A stretch of 64,000 bases of DNA from a virus. Below, one piece after another: positions 38,005 through 50,789 of this stretch (positions within the stretch are counted from its first letter, which is position 1; every line of letters starts with the position of its first letter). The stretch covers positions 1 to 64,000 of IMG/VR virus record IMGVR_UViG_3300035698_019747; one strand, given 5' to 3'. The translations under genes and the position numbers were made by a program. The notes beneath the pieces are model-generated. The model saw only the letters and a list, made by a program, of their open reading frames with translations, was not told where the DNA came from and made no database searches.

Positions 38005-40041
38005 ATGAGTTCAGAAAATGAGTATAGTGGGTTTGATCACCCAGATGGTGAGTCCCCTAGAAAAAAAAATGAAAATGAAGGGTCAAGAACCCCCACTTTA
38101 GATAACTTTGGTAAGGATTTATCAAAATTAGCAGAAGATGGTAAGATCGATCCCATAATCGGTAGAGATAATATAATTGAGCGTGTTTCCCAAATTCTAA
38201 GTAGGCGAAAGAAAAATAACCCCATTTTAATTGGTGAACCTGGCGTTGGTAAATCAGCAATAGCAGAAGGTTTAGCAATTCGGATTAAGGATAAGAAAGT
38301 TCCCAGAACATTATTTAATAAGAGAGTCATATCATTAGATATGGGATCACTTGTAGCAGGGACAAAATACCGTGGACAATTTGAGGACAGAATGAAATCA
38401 ATCCTTAATGAGTTGGAGAAAGCAGATGATATTATAATTTTCATTGATGAAATTCACACACTGGTGGGTGCTGGTGGGGCTAGTGGTAGTTTAGATGCTG
38501 CTAATATGATTAAGCCAGCATTAGCGAGAGGACAAATACAATGTATTGGTGCTACAACTATCAATGAGTACCGTGAAAATATAGAAAAAGATGGTGCACT
38601 CGTTAGAAGATTCCAGAAAGTTTTAATTGAACCAACAAGCGTTGAGGATACTAGAAAGATTTTAAATGCAATTAAAAATATATACGAAGAACATCATAAT
38701 GTAGAATATACCCCAGAAGCCATTGAGGCATGCGTTACATTAACAGAACGCTATATCACTGATAGAAACTTACCAGATAAAGCTATTGATGCTTTAGATG
38801 AGGCGGGTAGTCGTGTCAATATACATTCTGATGATGTCCCAATGGACATAATTATCTTAGAAAAGAAGTTAGTATTAATAGCTGAACAAAAAGTTCAAAG
38901 CGTTAAAACACAAAAATATGAAGATGCTGCACAGCTTAGAGATAATGAGAAAGTTCTTTTAAAACTTTTAGAACAACATAAACAAGAGTGGGAAGAAGAT
39001 ATCAAAAAGAATAAAAAACCTGTTGAGGAACACCATATCAGTGAAGTTGTTTCAATGATAACTGGCATTCCCGTTGATAAAATATCTAAACAAGAAAGTA
39101 AGACACTTCAGGATATGGGCACTAAAATAAAGGGCTCTGTCATCGGTCAAGATGATGCGATAGCTAAGGTTGTTAAAGCCATTAAGCGAAACCGAGCAGG
39201 GTTAAAAGACCCAAATAGACCAATTGGTAGTTTTATGTTTCTAGGACCAACAGGTGTTGGTAAAACACAGTTATCTAAAATCATATCAACTCATATGTTC
39301 CAAGGAAGGGATAGTTTAATTAGAATTGATATGAGTGAATATATGGAGAAGTTTTCTGTTAGTAGATTATTAGGTGCACCTCCTGGTTATGTTGGATATG
39401 AAGAAGGCGGTGTTTTAACAGAAGCAGTTAGGAATAAACCATATTCTGTTATTTTATTGGATGAGATTGAGAAAGCACACCCAGACGTATATAATATTCT
39501 ACTTCAAGTTTTAGATGAAGGTCACTTAACTGATAGTATCGGTAGAAAGGTGGATTTCAAAAACACTATAATTATTATGACATCTAATGTTGGTGCGAGA
39601 AAAATTCAACAATTTGGATCAGGTGTCGGTTTTAAAGCTGCTGGACTCGAAGTAGAAAAAAAATCCGAGGATTTAATTAAAACCGAAATGAAGAAATTAT
39701 TTTCACCTGAGTTCTTAAATAGGATAGATGAGGTAATTATATTTAACGCACTTACTGAAAAAGATTTATCAAAAATTGTTAAAATTGAACTTAATATTTT
39801 AGAAGAGAGAGTTTCTGATTTGGGTTATAAAATTAACTTTACTGAAAAGTCGATTGAATATATATGTGAGAAGGGATTTGATCCTGAATATGGTGCTAGA
39901 CCACTCAAGAGAGCTATTCAGAAATATGTTGAAGACCCCATCGCAGAACTTATTATTGATAATCCTGATTTAAGAGAAGGTATCATTAATATAGGGTATT
40001 CTAAAAGGGATAGTGGCAGCTTGACAGTTAAACTTAAATAA
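38005..40041 (+). CDS. clpC: ClpC-type Hsp100 AAA+ chaperone lacking the N-terminal domain
   Basis: Two AAA modules (GEPGVGKS, FIDEIH; GPTGVGKT, LLDEIEK), UVR middle domain (QKYEDAAQLRD), VGF ClpP-docking loop, GARPL. Confidence 0.93.
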   Translation: MSSENEYSGFDHPDGESPRKKNENEGSRTPTLDNFGKDLSKLAEDGKIDPIIGRDNIIERVSQILSRRKKNNPILIGEPGVGKSAIAEGLAIRIKDKKVPRTLFNKRVISLDMGSLVAGTKYRGQFEDRMKSILNELEKADDIIIFIDEIHTLVGAGGASGSLDAANMIKPALARGQIQCIGATTINEYRENIEKDGALVRRFQKVLIEPTSVEDTRKILNAIKNIYEEHHNVEYTPEAIEACVTLTERYITDRNLPDKAIDALDEAGSRVNIHSDDVPMDIIILEKKLVLIAEQKVQSVKTQKYEDAAQLRDNEKVLLKLLEQHKQEWEEDIKKNKKPVEEHHISEVVSMITGIPVDKISKQESKTLQDMGTKIKGSVIGQDDAIAKVVKAIKRNRAGLKDPNRPIGSFMFLGPTGVGKTQLSKIISTHMFQGRDSLIRIDMSEYMEKFSVSRLLGAPPGYVGYEEGGVLTEAVRNKPYSVILLDEIEKAHPDVYNILLQVLDEGHLTDSIGRKVDFKNTIIIMTSNVGARKIQQFGSGVGFKAAGLEVEKKSEDLIKTEMKKLFSPEFLNRIDEVIIFNALTEKDLSKIVKIELNILEERVSDLGYKINFTEKSIEYICEKGFDPEYGARPLKRAIQKYVEDPIAELIIDNPDLREGIINIGYSKRDSGSLTVKLK

Positions 40042-40047
40042 CTAAAT

Positions 40048-40086
40048 TAAGTGGGGAATATTAAATATTTCCCACTTTTTTTTTTA
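40048..40086 (+). terminator. intrinsic terminator after clpC
   Basis: AAGTGGGGAATAT...ATATTTCCCACTTTTTTT. Confidence 0.8.
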
Positions 40087-40096
40087 TATATAACTT

Positions 40097-40453
40097 ATGT
40101 CAACAACAGTAAATACATTTAAGAGTTTTAATCATATGTCTAATTACCAACACTATAATGATAATTTACCATCAATCAGAGGAATTGAATTAGGAAGAAT
40201 GGTAGATGATATATTCACATATGATGATGGTGATCAAGATGAAATTGATATTGATAATACAGATATTGATAAAGAAATTGAACTTGACCTAGAACCAGAT
40301 AGAAATAATGATGGGTTAGCAATATATGGTGATCAAGATAAAACACCAAGTGAAAATACGCAGCCGTTTGGGTTCGCAACACCCGTACCCAGTTTTGGTA
40401 TGGGTAGTATGTCTTCAATAGCTACTTTTGAGGAATTTAAATTAAAGATGTGA
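40097..40453 (+). CDS. acidic hypothetical protein
   Basis: FKSFN at the N-terminus and TFEEF at the C-terminus. Confidence 0.7.
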   Translation: MSTTVNTFKSFNHMSNYQHYNDNLPSIRGIELGRMVDDIFTYDDGDQDEIDIDNTDIDKEIELDLEPDRNNDGLAIYGDQDKTPSENTQPFGFATPVPSFGMGSMSSIATFEEFKLKM

Positions 40454-41372
40454 CTTTCTCATTATTTATATCTTGTTTTAAATCCTTCAAATCATCAATT
40501 ATTTTAGATAAAATGTAATTAGATTCTATTATATCATTCTCTAATATTTGTGTCTTTTTAAATTTATTTATATCTTGTTTTATATAATTCCACCTATTTA
40601 CATCATCTGAACTAACATCTGAATATTTAATTTTATCCAATATAGTTCTATATAAACTCCCCTTTGAACTGTCTATCTCAGATGCCAATTGCTGAATATT
40701 ATCTTCTGAGTTTAAGAATTTATCTTTAAGTCTTAACGGCTCATTTAATAATATTTCTAATTTACAATGTATTGTGCTTATCTCCTTAAATATATCCCTT
40801 ATTATAATCACATTTAATCTATTATATTCTTGATCACATATCTTAACCAACTCATTTAACGTTTTAATTTGATTATCTTTAATACTAGTATATTCACAAA
40901 AATCTATAAGATATTTATCAACATTTTTATATTTAATATTTAATTCCTCAATACATTTAATAGAGCGTTTATACAGTGTTCTATATTTAGATTTTTTTCC
41001 TTTAAAACTATTACTGAAAACTTTATAATTATCCATTAATCTCAAATTTTGCATTAATGTCATGTATATACTATCAGTTTTTTTATACAGTTCTTCATAT
41101 TTTATTAAGTTTTTTGTAGATGGATTTATTTCATCTAATTTAACCCTTTTTATTCTATATTTTTTTATTAAAATATCAATATATGGTTCTTTATCCCTAG
41201 ATACTAACTCACTCTCAATTTCATTAATAACCTTATTTATCTTCTCCTCTAATTTATTTATGAATATTTTATTATATTTCCTTTCTTTTGAAAATTTTAA
41301 TTTATAGTATAAAAATAACCCAGTGAATGCTAATATGATTACTGTGATTATGGGATATAAAGTTGGACTCAT
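40437..41372 (-). CDS. membrane-anchored coiled-coil protein
   Basis: N-terminal TM helix then helical region. Confidence 0.7.
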   Translation of the reverse strand: MSPTLYPIITVIILAFTGLFLYYKLKFSKERKYNKIFINKLEEKINKVINEIESELVSRDKEPYIDILIKKYRIKRVKLDEINPSTKNLIKYEELYKKTDSIYMTLMQNLRLMDNYKVFSNSFKGKKSKYRTLYKRSIKCIEELNIKYKNVDKYLIDFCEYTSIKDNQIKTLNELVKICDQEYNRLNVIIIRDIFKEISTIHCKLEILLNEPLRLKDKFLNSEDNIQQLASEIDSSKGSLYRTILDKIKYSDVSSDDVNRWNYIKQDINKFKKTQILENDIIESNYILSKIIDDLKDLKQDINNEKVTSLI

Positions 41373-41455
41373 TATTAATATTATTTATTTTAATTATATA
41401 TAAAATTATCAGAGCCATATGTTAAACATAATCAGCCACTTTATATATAATACAT

Positions 41456-41989
41456 ATGAAAAATAAAGTAATATTAGTAGGACATGGTGGTAGTGGTAAA
41501 GACCACTTAGTAAAATACTTAAATGACAAAGGATTTATGAAAAATATTGGGTACACTACTCGCCCAATTAGATCAGGGGAGACTGATGGTAAAGACTATT
41601 ACTACATTTCAAATGAATCATTTCAACAAAAAATAAATGATAATTTCTGGCACGAATATAATATTTTTGTGCCAGAAAAAGAATGGTACTATGGTTCTTC
41701 CATTGAGCAATTTAAAGAAAAAAATCTTTTTATAAAGGAACCAATTGGTATATTAAAATTGACTACTACTCAACGTGCACAATCTATGATAATTTTTATA
41801 AATATAAATGAGGGCACGAGAAGAGAACGGATGTTATCTAGGGGGAGTGATGATTCGGTCACTAGGCGAATAAATGGTGATAGAAAAGATTTCAAAGACT
41901 ATAATGATTTTGATTTAGAAATAATTAACCCATATTTTAAATGTGATGAAGTATACGAGGACATAATTAATTATTTAAAAAACTCTTGA
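41456..41989 (+). CDS. gmk: guanylate kinase-like protein
   Basis: GHGGSGKD, TTRPIRSGETDGKDYY, YYG. Confidence 0.85.
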   Translation: MKNKVILVGHGGSGKDHLVKYLNDKGFMKNIGYTTRPIRSGETDGKDYYYISNESFQQKINDNFWHEYNIFVPEKEWYYGSSIEQFKEKNLFIKEPIGILKLTTTQRAQSMIIFININEGTRRERMLSRGSDDSVTRRINGDRKDFKDYNDFDLEIINPYFKCDEVYEDIINYLKNS

Positions 41990-42362
41990 AATCCTTAACC
42001 TTACCCACACCCAAAGTGTCCTTTATCTTATTTACCCTAGCCATAAACTTAGTATCAACTTTCATTTTATCCATTTTAGTGAATTTATTACCTGTCATCC
42101 CACCCGCGTTTTTAGTATAAGTATTGAAGGGTATACCCACATCACCACTACCTGCTTCTGAACCCTTTGGATCACCTGGAATAGGTGAAACGGTCGCATT
42201 CTTGATAGCACCCATACCAGATACATTACCATTATTAGCATATGCGACACCACCATTACTAGCATCAGAAGTAGTAGCACCAGAGTCACCACCCCCATCT
42301 TCTTCATTTATCCTGTTCTCATATTCTGAGTAATATTTTATTTGGTTTTTAGTTGTTTTCAT
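41967..42362 (-). CDS. Gly-rich hypothetical protein
   Basis: IKYYSEY...INEE at N-terminus, VKDFKSF at C-terminus. Confidence 0.7.
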   Translation of the reverse strand: MKTTKNQIKYYSEYENRINEEDGGGDSGATTSDASNGGVAYANNGNVSGMGAIKNATVSPIPGDPKGSEAGSGDVGIPFNTYTKNAGGMTGNKFTKMDKMKVDTKFMARVNKIKDTLGVGKVKDFKSFLNN

Positions 42363-42367
42363 AATTT

Positions 42368-45300
42368 TTATTTATTTTTAAAGTCTATAAATTTATATAC
42401 TATTCTTTCTGTTATACCGTTAGTAGCATCTATATCATTTAACATGATTTCATTTAAATAATCAATGTCAAATTCAGTGTCATTGACACCTAAATAAGAA
42501 TCGTAATCGGGTATTGTTATTTCATTGTTTAGCCTATATATATCTATTAAATTATCGTAAGTTAATTGATTAGCATCCAATCCTATTTGTTCCTCACAAC
42601 CATCTAAGAAATATCTTGTATTTTTAAAAATCTTTTCCAAGTCTGGTTTAACTAGTAGTATAAGATTATCATTTTTATCTTGGTCATATTTTATATATCC
42701 ATATTTTTCATCATCCCATTTAAAAAGAAATTCTTCCCCATAATATTCTATCACTGAATTGTGAAACTTATTAGTAGAAGCACTAGAATAACAAGATGAA
42801 AATGCACTATTAAAAGCGGTTTCTACCTCTTCTATAAAGTCATATATATCATCATATTCTGAATATTCACCTTTACTAGTAATAATATCGATTACTCTGT
42901 CATATTCCTTTTTTGCATCCTTATTTTTAATTAATAATAGTTTAAATTCCTCAATATTTATATACTTATCATTATTAAGTTGCGTAAATAGCCCAGTATC
43001 TATATTATCAATATCATAATCATTATCATTAATATATTGGTTTATTTTATTTGATATACTTATTATTACCTCATACCCTATAGTATCTGAATCCATGCTA
43101 TTATTATGCGCATCATCATAATAGTAATAGCTATCCATAGTATCATTCTCTGGGTCTATATTAACATCTTCATCAAAAGGGATACTTATATCATCATATG
43201 TTATTGATGTGTAATACTCACCAGACTCCGAATCTTTTGCTAAATCAAAATATTCTTCCTTTAAATTAAAGTGTTTCACATTATCTATTATACCAGTAGT
43301 GACAATATCGCTTATTATCACTGTTAAGTATTCATAAATATAATCATTCTCACCCTTTTTAATAGCATATTTATCAAGTGCTTTAAATCTATCTAAAATA
43401 ACTTTCTTAAATGCTTCAACACCTTTGGTTTTTATTTTAATAACTTCGGTTGAACTACCATACATACCAATATAGTATAACTCATTTTCTCCAAATACAG
43501 TGATAAATTCCCTAAATATATTATCACCTATATACTCTTTAAGTAAGTCATAGTATGAGTTAAACTCATCATCATCTATAATGCCATATATCATATTATT
43601 AACTATCATTTTAATTATATGATCACTACATTGTTCAACAGCTTCTAAACGCTTTAACATATCCATAATAAGTCTAGTGTCTGTGATATTAATATTCAAT
43701 GGTTTACCGTCATCATCATCCATCTTTAATACCATATCTCTAACAAAACTTTGTGCTACTGAAAATGATACCCCATTTTCTATGTCTATATTCATTATAG
43801 TATTATATACATTTTTTAATTCTAAAATATTATCTGGCAATGAATCTATCCTAAACCTTGAAGTATCATTAGAAAAATCCCTCTCAAGTATGCTAATAGT
43901 CTGTAAATAATAACCTAAGTTATCAGCACTTTGTGCTATATAATCAATCATTGTTAAAGACATAACCCTTTTTGTCTTTTTGTCAACTTTGCTTAAAAAA
44001 GAAGTATAGAATTCAAGGATTTTATATGAATATCCTTTTTCAGACTCTATCATATGTGGTAGATTATTAAATATAAAAATCAATTTATATTCACTTTCTG
44101 TGGCTTCTACATACTCACTTATAGCATCATAATCTTTATTATCAAACATTTCTTTAACACCCTTTACTATATTAACAGATTCCGAAATATCTTTTTCCCA
44201 TTCTCTTAATGGACTTTTGATGTCATTATTTGTAGTATTAGTAATAAAGAAATTAAATACTTTTTTATATTTAGCCATCATGTTAGTATCACAAACACTT
44301 ATATTTAATAGTGCAGTTGAAATAATCCGATCGTTTATAGATCTATGACCCATTATATAATAATTTAAAAATTCTGTTATCACAATCAATTCTGGGCTTT
44401 CCTTTAAGAGTGGGAATCTTTCCTGACGTGTGGAAAATAAAGTATAATCCACCGTCATTTCATTTAAGCATAATAATAAATATCTATTAGTTGCATCAAT
44501 ACCATCAACATCATTATAGTCATATATATTTTTTAAAAATAATTTATTAGTAGCCCCCTTTATTATAGAATATAAATCATTTTTAATTTTACTGAAATCA
44601 TTAGCTTTTTCTTTAAGTGTCATATAAAGTTCCTCAAAATCAGCATCCCACAACTCTTTTATTTTCTCATGAAATGGGTTTCCTATTATAAGGGAAAGTC
44701 TATTATTTAGTAATTTAGTGTGTTCTGGGAACTTATCAACTTCACTTAATATTACTTCATAGTTCTTTTTTATATATGAATCATTATCAGAGACATATAA
44801 TGATTTTTTCAATTTCTCTTCCAACTCAAAGAACCTTTCAAATTTAGATTTAAATATAGACCTATCCAAACCTAAATTATCACAAATTTCACTAATTGGT
44901 ACATACTCATTTCTTTTATTCTGCGATGAACCATTGTTATATACATCTCCTTTTTCATTTAAGGTTATTCCAAATTCTGAATTAAAATTACTGATAGGTA
45001 AATTAAAGTCAAATATCATATATTGTGTATTTAGCTTGGATGTTATATATGATACATAATGTGAATCATTATATACCATACACCATTTCTGTGACCCTAG
45101 TTCACATATATTATCTTTACCAGATACTATAACTACTAATACATCATCTTTAAAATATATTTTATCTACACCATCACCTTCTTTTATTTTCTTGAATACT
45201 AAATCTCTTTTAGCATTGACAACATTTCCTGTAATAAAAGACTCTATCGCATCCATGAAATCAAAAATTGACACTTTATTCTTTCTTAAATAATATAGAG

Positions 45301-45778
45301 GTGTGAAAGTGTTTATTATATTTTTATCTAATTCCATAAAAGCTGTAGCTAAACCCACATACCTATTTAACTTATCACCCTTTAACTTCTTTACCTCATC
45401 TCGCATTTCTCTATATAAAGAATTCGTGAATTTCTTTACCTTTTTAGCTTCATTTATATCTCCTATACTATCTGATATTTTTTCTAAACTATCAAAATCA
45501 ATTAGTGGCATTGGTAGTTTATCCACGCTCCCCTTATTGTTCTCCATCCACGTAATTATTTCATCAAAATTTTTATATGCATCTATTGTTGAATAGTTTT
45601 CTTCACCAAATATCAATTCAGTGAACTTCCCAATAAGGCTAGGGAATTTCTTTAATCTATTAATAATATTATTAAATATTTCATTATCTTCAATATTAAT
45701 ATTATTGTCATTTAAATATTTCTTTCCCTGTTTGATATTCTCGTTTAATAAAAACACCCTTTTACCTTGTATAAACAT
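42368..45778 (-). CDS. large hypothetical protein (1136 aa)
   Basis: Long ORF with LGSQKWC motif; C-terminal ERIVYKFIDF. Confidence 0.85.
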   Translation of the reverse strand: MFIQGKRVFLLNENIKQGKKYLNDNNINIEDNEIFNNIINRLKKFPSLIGKFTELIFGEENYSTIDAYKNFDEIITWMENNKGSVDKLPMPLIDFDSLEKISDSIGDINEAKKVKKFTNSLYREMRDEVKKLKGDKLNRYVGLATAFMELDKNIINTFTPLYYLRKNKVSIFDFMDAIESFITGNVVNAKRDLVFKKIKEGDGVDKIYFKDDVLVVIVSGKDNICELGSQKWCMVYNDSHYVSYITSKLNTQYMIFDFNLPISNFNSEFGITLNEKGDVYNNGSSQNKRNEYVPISEICDNLGLDRSIFKSKFERFFELEEKLKKSLYVSDNDSYIKKNYEVILSEVDKFPEHTKLLNNRLSLIIGNPFHEKIKELWDADFEELYMTLKEKANDFSKIKNDLYSIIKGATNKLFLKNIYDYNDVDGIDATNRYLLLCLNEMTVDYTLFSTRQERFPLLKESPELIVITEFLNYYIMGHRSINDRIISTALLNISVCDTNMMAKYKKVFNFFITNTTNNDIKSPLREWEKDISESVNIVKGVKEMFDNKDYDAISEYVEATESEYKLIFIFNNLPHMIESEKGYSYKILEFYTSFLSKVDKKTKRVMSLTMIDYIAQSADNLGYYLQTISILERDFSNDTSRFRIDSLPDNILELKNVYNTIMNIDIENGVSFSVAQSFVRDMVLKMDDDDGKPLNINITDTRLIMDMLKRLEAVEQCSDHIIKMIVNNMIYGIIDDDEFNSYYDLLKEYIGDNIFREFITVFGENELYYIGMYGSSTEVIKIKTKGVEAFKKVILDRFKALDKYAIKKGENDYIYEYLTVIISDIVTTGIIDNVKHFNLKEEYFDLAKDSESGEYYTSITYDDISIPFDEDVNIDPENDTMDSYYYYDDAHNNSMDSDTIGYEVIISISNKINQYINDNDYDIDNIDTGLFTQLNNDKYINIEEFKLLLIKNKDAKKEYDRVIDIITSKGEYSEYDDIYDFIEEVETAFNSAFSSCYSSASTNKFHNSVIEYYGEEFLFKWDDEKYGYIKYDQDKNDNLILLVKPDLEKIFKNTRYFLDGCEEQIGLDANQLTYDNLIDIYRLNNEITIPDYDSYLGVNDTEFDIDYLNEIMLNDIDATNGITERIVYKFIDFKNK

Positions 45779-45875
45779 TTATTATATTCTATTTTCATTA
45801 TATATTAAACATTACTACTTATAAAGATTATTGATAATAATTTTTTAATATATAATAAAAAACAGTTTCTAAACG

Positions 45876-46095
45876 ATGAAAAAATTAAAAAGTTGGAGAA
45901 AATTTAACGAAGAGACTACTAGTCCTGAAGTTAAACCTGCCATAGCACCATCTAGACCTAAGCCAGTTAGACCCAATCCATTCAAAAAGAATATGCCTGT
46001 TACAACACCTAAGCCTAAAGCTGAACTAGATGATGTCTTAAGTAAGTTAAGTAAGTTAGCAGATGACGATTTTAAAAAACAATTAATTAGTAGAT

Positions 46096-46112
<17 letters not shown>
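45876..46112 (+). CDS. small Pro-rich protein, putative internal virion protein
   Basis: MKKLKSWRKFNE. Confidence 0.7.
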
Positions 46113-47550
<1,438 letters not shown>

Positions 47551-47570
47551 TATAAAAATTAGTATATATA

Positions 47571-47611
47571 AATAAATAAAGGCGTATATATTAATACGCC
47601 TTTATTTATTT
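47571..47611 (+). terminator. intrinsic terminator
   Basis: AATAAATAAAGGCGTAT...ATACGCCTTTATTTATT. Confidence 0.8.
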
Positions 47612-47631
47612 ATATATACTAAAAAAGTAAT

Positions 47632-48042
47632 ATGAAAATAACCAGTAATAACCTTTTAATAGGTATTGTAGCAGTGCTATTTGGATACATTATATTTAAT
47701 TATATTTTTAGTGAAACAGTTGACCCTAATGTAGAGCTCAAAACTAAAGTAGAACTATTAGAACATAATAATAAAATATTAGATAATGAAATAGCAGAGT
47801 CTAGTAGAAAAGTGATAATATTTAAGAATATAAGTGATAGTTTAAGAGTTCAAGACTCTATAAAAAACTCGGAGATATTAGTATATAAAGAATCTGAAGT
47901 TAAATTAAAAGTTAAATTAGGGAAAATATATAGACAGCGAAATATCATTCAAAAGGAATTAGAATATCTTAAAGGTAATCCAATAGTGATTAAAAATGAT
48001 ATTGACTTAATAAGAAATGTAAAAAATAATTTAGAAAAATGA
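47632..48042 (+). CDS. membrane-anchored coiled-coil protein (spanin-like candidate)
   Basis: N-terminal TM plus coiled coil; coupled to the next gene. Confidence 0.55.
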   Translation: MKITSNNLLIGIVAVLFGYIIFNYIFSETVDPNVELKTKVELLEHNNKILDNEIAESSRKVIIFKNISDSLRVQDSIKNSEILVYKESEVKLKVKLGKIYRQRNIIQKELEYLKGNPIVIKNDIDLIRNVKNNLEK

Positions 48043-48584
48043 AAAAGTTTTTAATATGTATAATTATGTCATTAATATCACATACTATGTTATATTCACA
48101 GAGCAGAGTGGATAGTACTATCACAGATAGTGTTGAATTAGTATATGTTGGTTCTATCCAAGAACCATCTATTATGAAACACAAAAGCACTACTTATTTT
48201 ATATTTACTAATGATCAGGTTCAGAAAATAAATAATGACCAACAATTAATGATTGTTATGGCGAACTTAATTAGGAAGTTTAATATAGAGGGTAATATAA
48301 GTGTGCGTGTTCTCAGTAATCTAGAATCACAAGTATTAATTTTAGAAGAAAATGTGAAAATAAAAGATTTACTCATATCCATACAAGATAGTACAGTGGC
48401 TTCATTAGAGGATAAGATTAAAAACTTAGAGTCAAAAAGTGAGAATTATGATAACATAGTAGGTAATCTTAATGAGCAAAATGATAACTTAGAAAAAGAA
48501 ATAAAAAAAGAGAAGTTAAAAAGTATTTTATCTCTTTCTGGTAGTGCTATTTTAATAGTATTAATGCTATTCATTCTAATATAA
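48039..48584 (+). CDS. secreted coiled-coil protein with C-terminal TM (spanin-like candidate)
   Basis: Signal peptide ending YSQ, coiled coil, hydrophobic C-terminus. Confidence 0.55.
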   Translation: MKKFLICIIMSLISHTMLYSQSRVDSTITDSVELVYVGSIQEPSIMKHKSTTYFIFTNDQVQKINNDQQLMIVMANLIRKFNIEGNISVRVLSNLESQVLILEENVKIKDLLISIQDSTVASLEDKIKNLESKSENYDNIVGNLNEQNDNLEKEIKKEKLKSILSLSGSAILIVLMLFILI

Positions 48585-48634
48585 ATAAAGGGATTAGAAA
48601 TTTAATATATAGTATATAAAAAATAAACAATAAA

Positions 48635-49162
<528 letters not shown>

Positions 49163-49176
49163 ATAATAAACCATAT

Positions 49177-49219
49177 AAAATAAAACCCCATATAATTCAA
49201 TTATATGGGGTTTTATTTT
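49177..49219. terminator. bidirectional intrinsic terminator
   Basis: AAAATAAAACCCCATATAAT...ATTATATGGGGTTTTATTTT between convergent genes. Confidence 0.85.
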
Positions 49220-49595
49220 ATTGGAAAAATGCATTGACTTCAATTTCCTTAATCCTGAAATTTATAAACATTATATCAGAAAAGTTATTTGGATTTTGCT
49301 CAAAACTAACAGATAATTCATAATTTATACCTGTTAATTCTGGTATAAATTCTGTTATCTGTTCATTTACAATACGCTCAACATATCTACCACTCACTCT
49401 GGTTTTATGTAGAAGTCTATCTAAATCCGCGCCCATATTAGGCTCACCTAATACCTCACCCTTATTAGTGAATAATACCATTTCATATTTCTGAACAATT
49501 ACCCTTAATATTTCATCCTCGACTATCTGTTCACTATTATATGATGGATGTTCGGGATATCGTATATATATGTCGCTAAAATCAAAGTTTATCAT
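49218..49595 (-). CDS. baseplate wedge protein (gp25-like)
   Basis: LFTNKGEVLGEPNMGADL..LL. Confidence 0.75.
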   Translation of the reverse strand: MINFDFSDIYIRYPEHPSYNSEQIVEDEILRVIVQKYEMVLFTNKGEVLGEPNMGADLDRLLHKTRVSGRYVERIVNEQITEFIPELTGINYELSVSFEQNPNNFSDIMFINFRIKEIEVNAFFQ

Positions 49596-49606
49596 ATTGT
49601 ATATAT

Positions 49607-50038
49607 TTATTTATCCTTTGACCATACTGGACCACCAAACACTCTAACAGCAAAGTATCTTATGTGATTATCAATATTTTTAATGGATATTTTATTAGTT
49701 GAGTTTATTACCTTACTCCATATATACATCTCCTTATCCGCAAATTTCCTAGAATATGGCTTCATTTGATATAGATAATCATGTATTAGACTAGCTAATT
49801 CAAAATCACCATCTGGTGGAACAATTGACCAAAATATTCTGGGCACTGATGCTAAATCCCATTCAAACCCCTTTAATATACTTATTGTCTCACCATTTGA
49901 TAATTTAATATAAACATTCTTTAAAAGCTTAAACTGCTTCCACTTATCAGTACTCCAATATAACCGCTCACGTTGTATAACCCCGCCAATTTCAAGTTCA
50001 TATTTAGCATTTTCTAATGTAATAATTCTTTTTTTCAT
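49607..50038 (-). CDS. DUF1353-like protein
   Basis: GF.WDLASVPR.FW, ASLIHDYLY, R..AD, AVR.FG. Confidence 0.8.
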   Translation of the reverse strand: MKKRIITLENAKYELEIGGVIQRERLYWSTDKWKQFKLLKNVYIKLSNGETISILKGFEWDLASVPRIFWSIVPPDGDFELASLIHDYLYQMKPYSRKFADKEMYIWSKVINSTNKISIKNIDNHIRYFAVRVFGGPVWSKDK

Positions 50039-50087
50039 ATTTAAACTTTATCTTTGTAGTTATATATAAAAAGAAAAGAATAATATT

Positions 50088-50789
50088 ATGGAATATAATG
50101 CAGTTTATTTCGGTAGCTTTAACCCAGTTCACCGTGGACATATAGAAGCTATGCGATCTATATTTTCCTTTCCAAATATAAAATCAATCGATATTGTGTT
50201 AACCCCACACAATCCAGACAAAGATGAGTCTTCAATATATCCATATAGTATAAGAAAGGAATTAATTAAAAAATCATTTTATAGAATGCAATATGGTGAC
50301 ACTTCGGATCACACATCAGGGTTAAAGAACCATATTAATACTGACCTCTCAATATACAATGATGATTCAAAATATATGATAGTGAATGATATAGAAACTA
50401 CCCTAACTAAACCTAACCACACTTATAAGACTATTAGAGAACTTAAAAATACTTTACCAAATATAGCAATAGTTTTGGGGACTGATACAATAAATGATAT
50501 CCATAATTGGGAAAATAGTGAGGAATTAATATGTCTACCAATCATACACTTAAAGAGATGTGGATACGAAATAAGTGAGAATGCTAGTAATTATAATATA
50601 ATACACACTCTTGTAAACTTGCCAAATGTATCAAGCACCGAAATAAGGAATAAAATAAAAAATGATGATTACACAGAACTACAAAATTATATACCATATT
50701 ATATGGCAGATTTTTTTAAAGATGAAATGAAAGGCTATAACAGACAGATAAATATTGATACTATTTTAAATAAAAATGAAAATGAATGA
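50088..50789 (+). CDS. nadD: nicotinate/nicotinamide mononucleotide adenylyltransferase
   Basis: GSFNPVHRGH, LGTD...W, VSSTEIR. Confidence 0.88.
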   Translation: MEYNAVYFGSFNPVHRGHIEAMRSIFSFPNIKSIDIVLTPHNPDKDESSIYPYSIRKELIKKSFYRMQYGDTSDHTSGLKNHINTDLSIYNDDSKYMIVNDIETTLTKPNHTYKTIRELKNTLPNIAIVLGTDTINDIHNWENSEELICLPIIHLKRCGYEISENASNYNIIHTLVNLPNVSSTEIRNKIKNDDYTELQNYIPYYMADFFKDEMKGYNRQINIDTILNKNENE

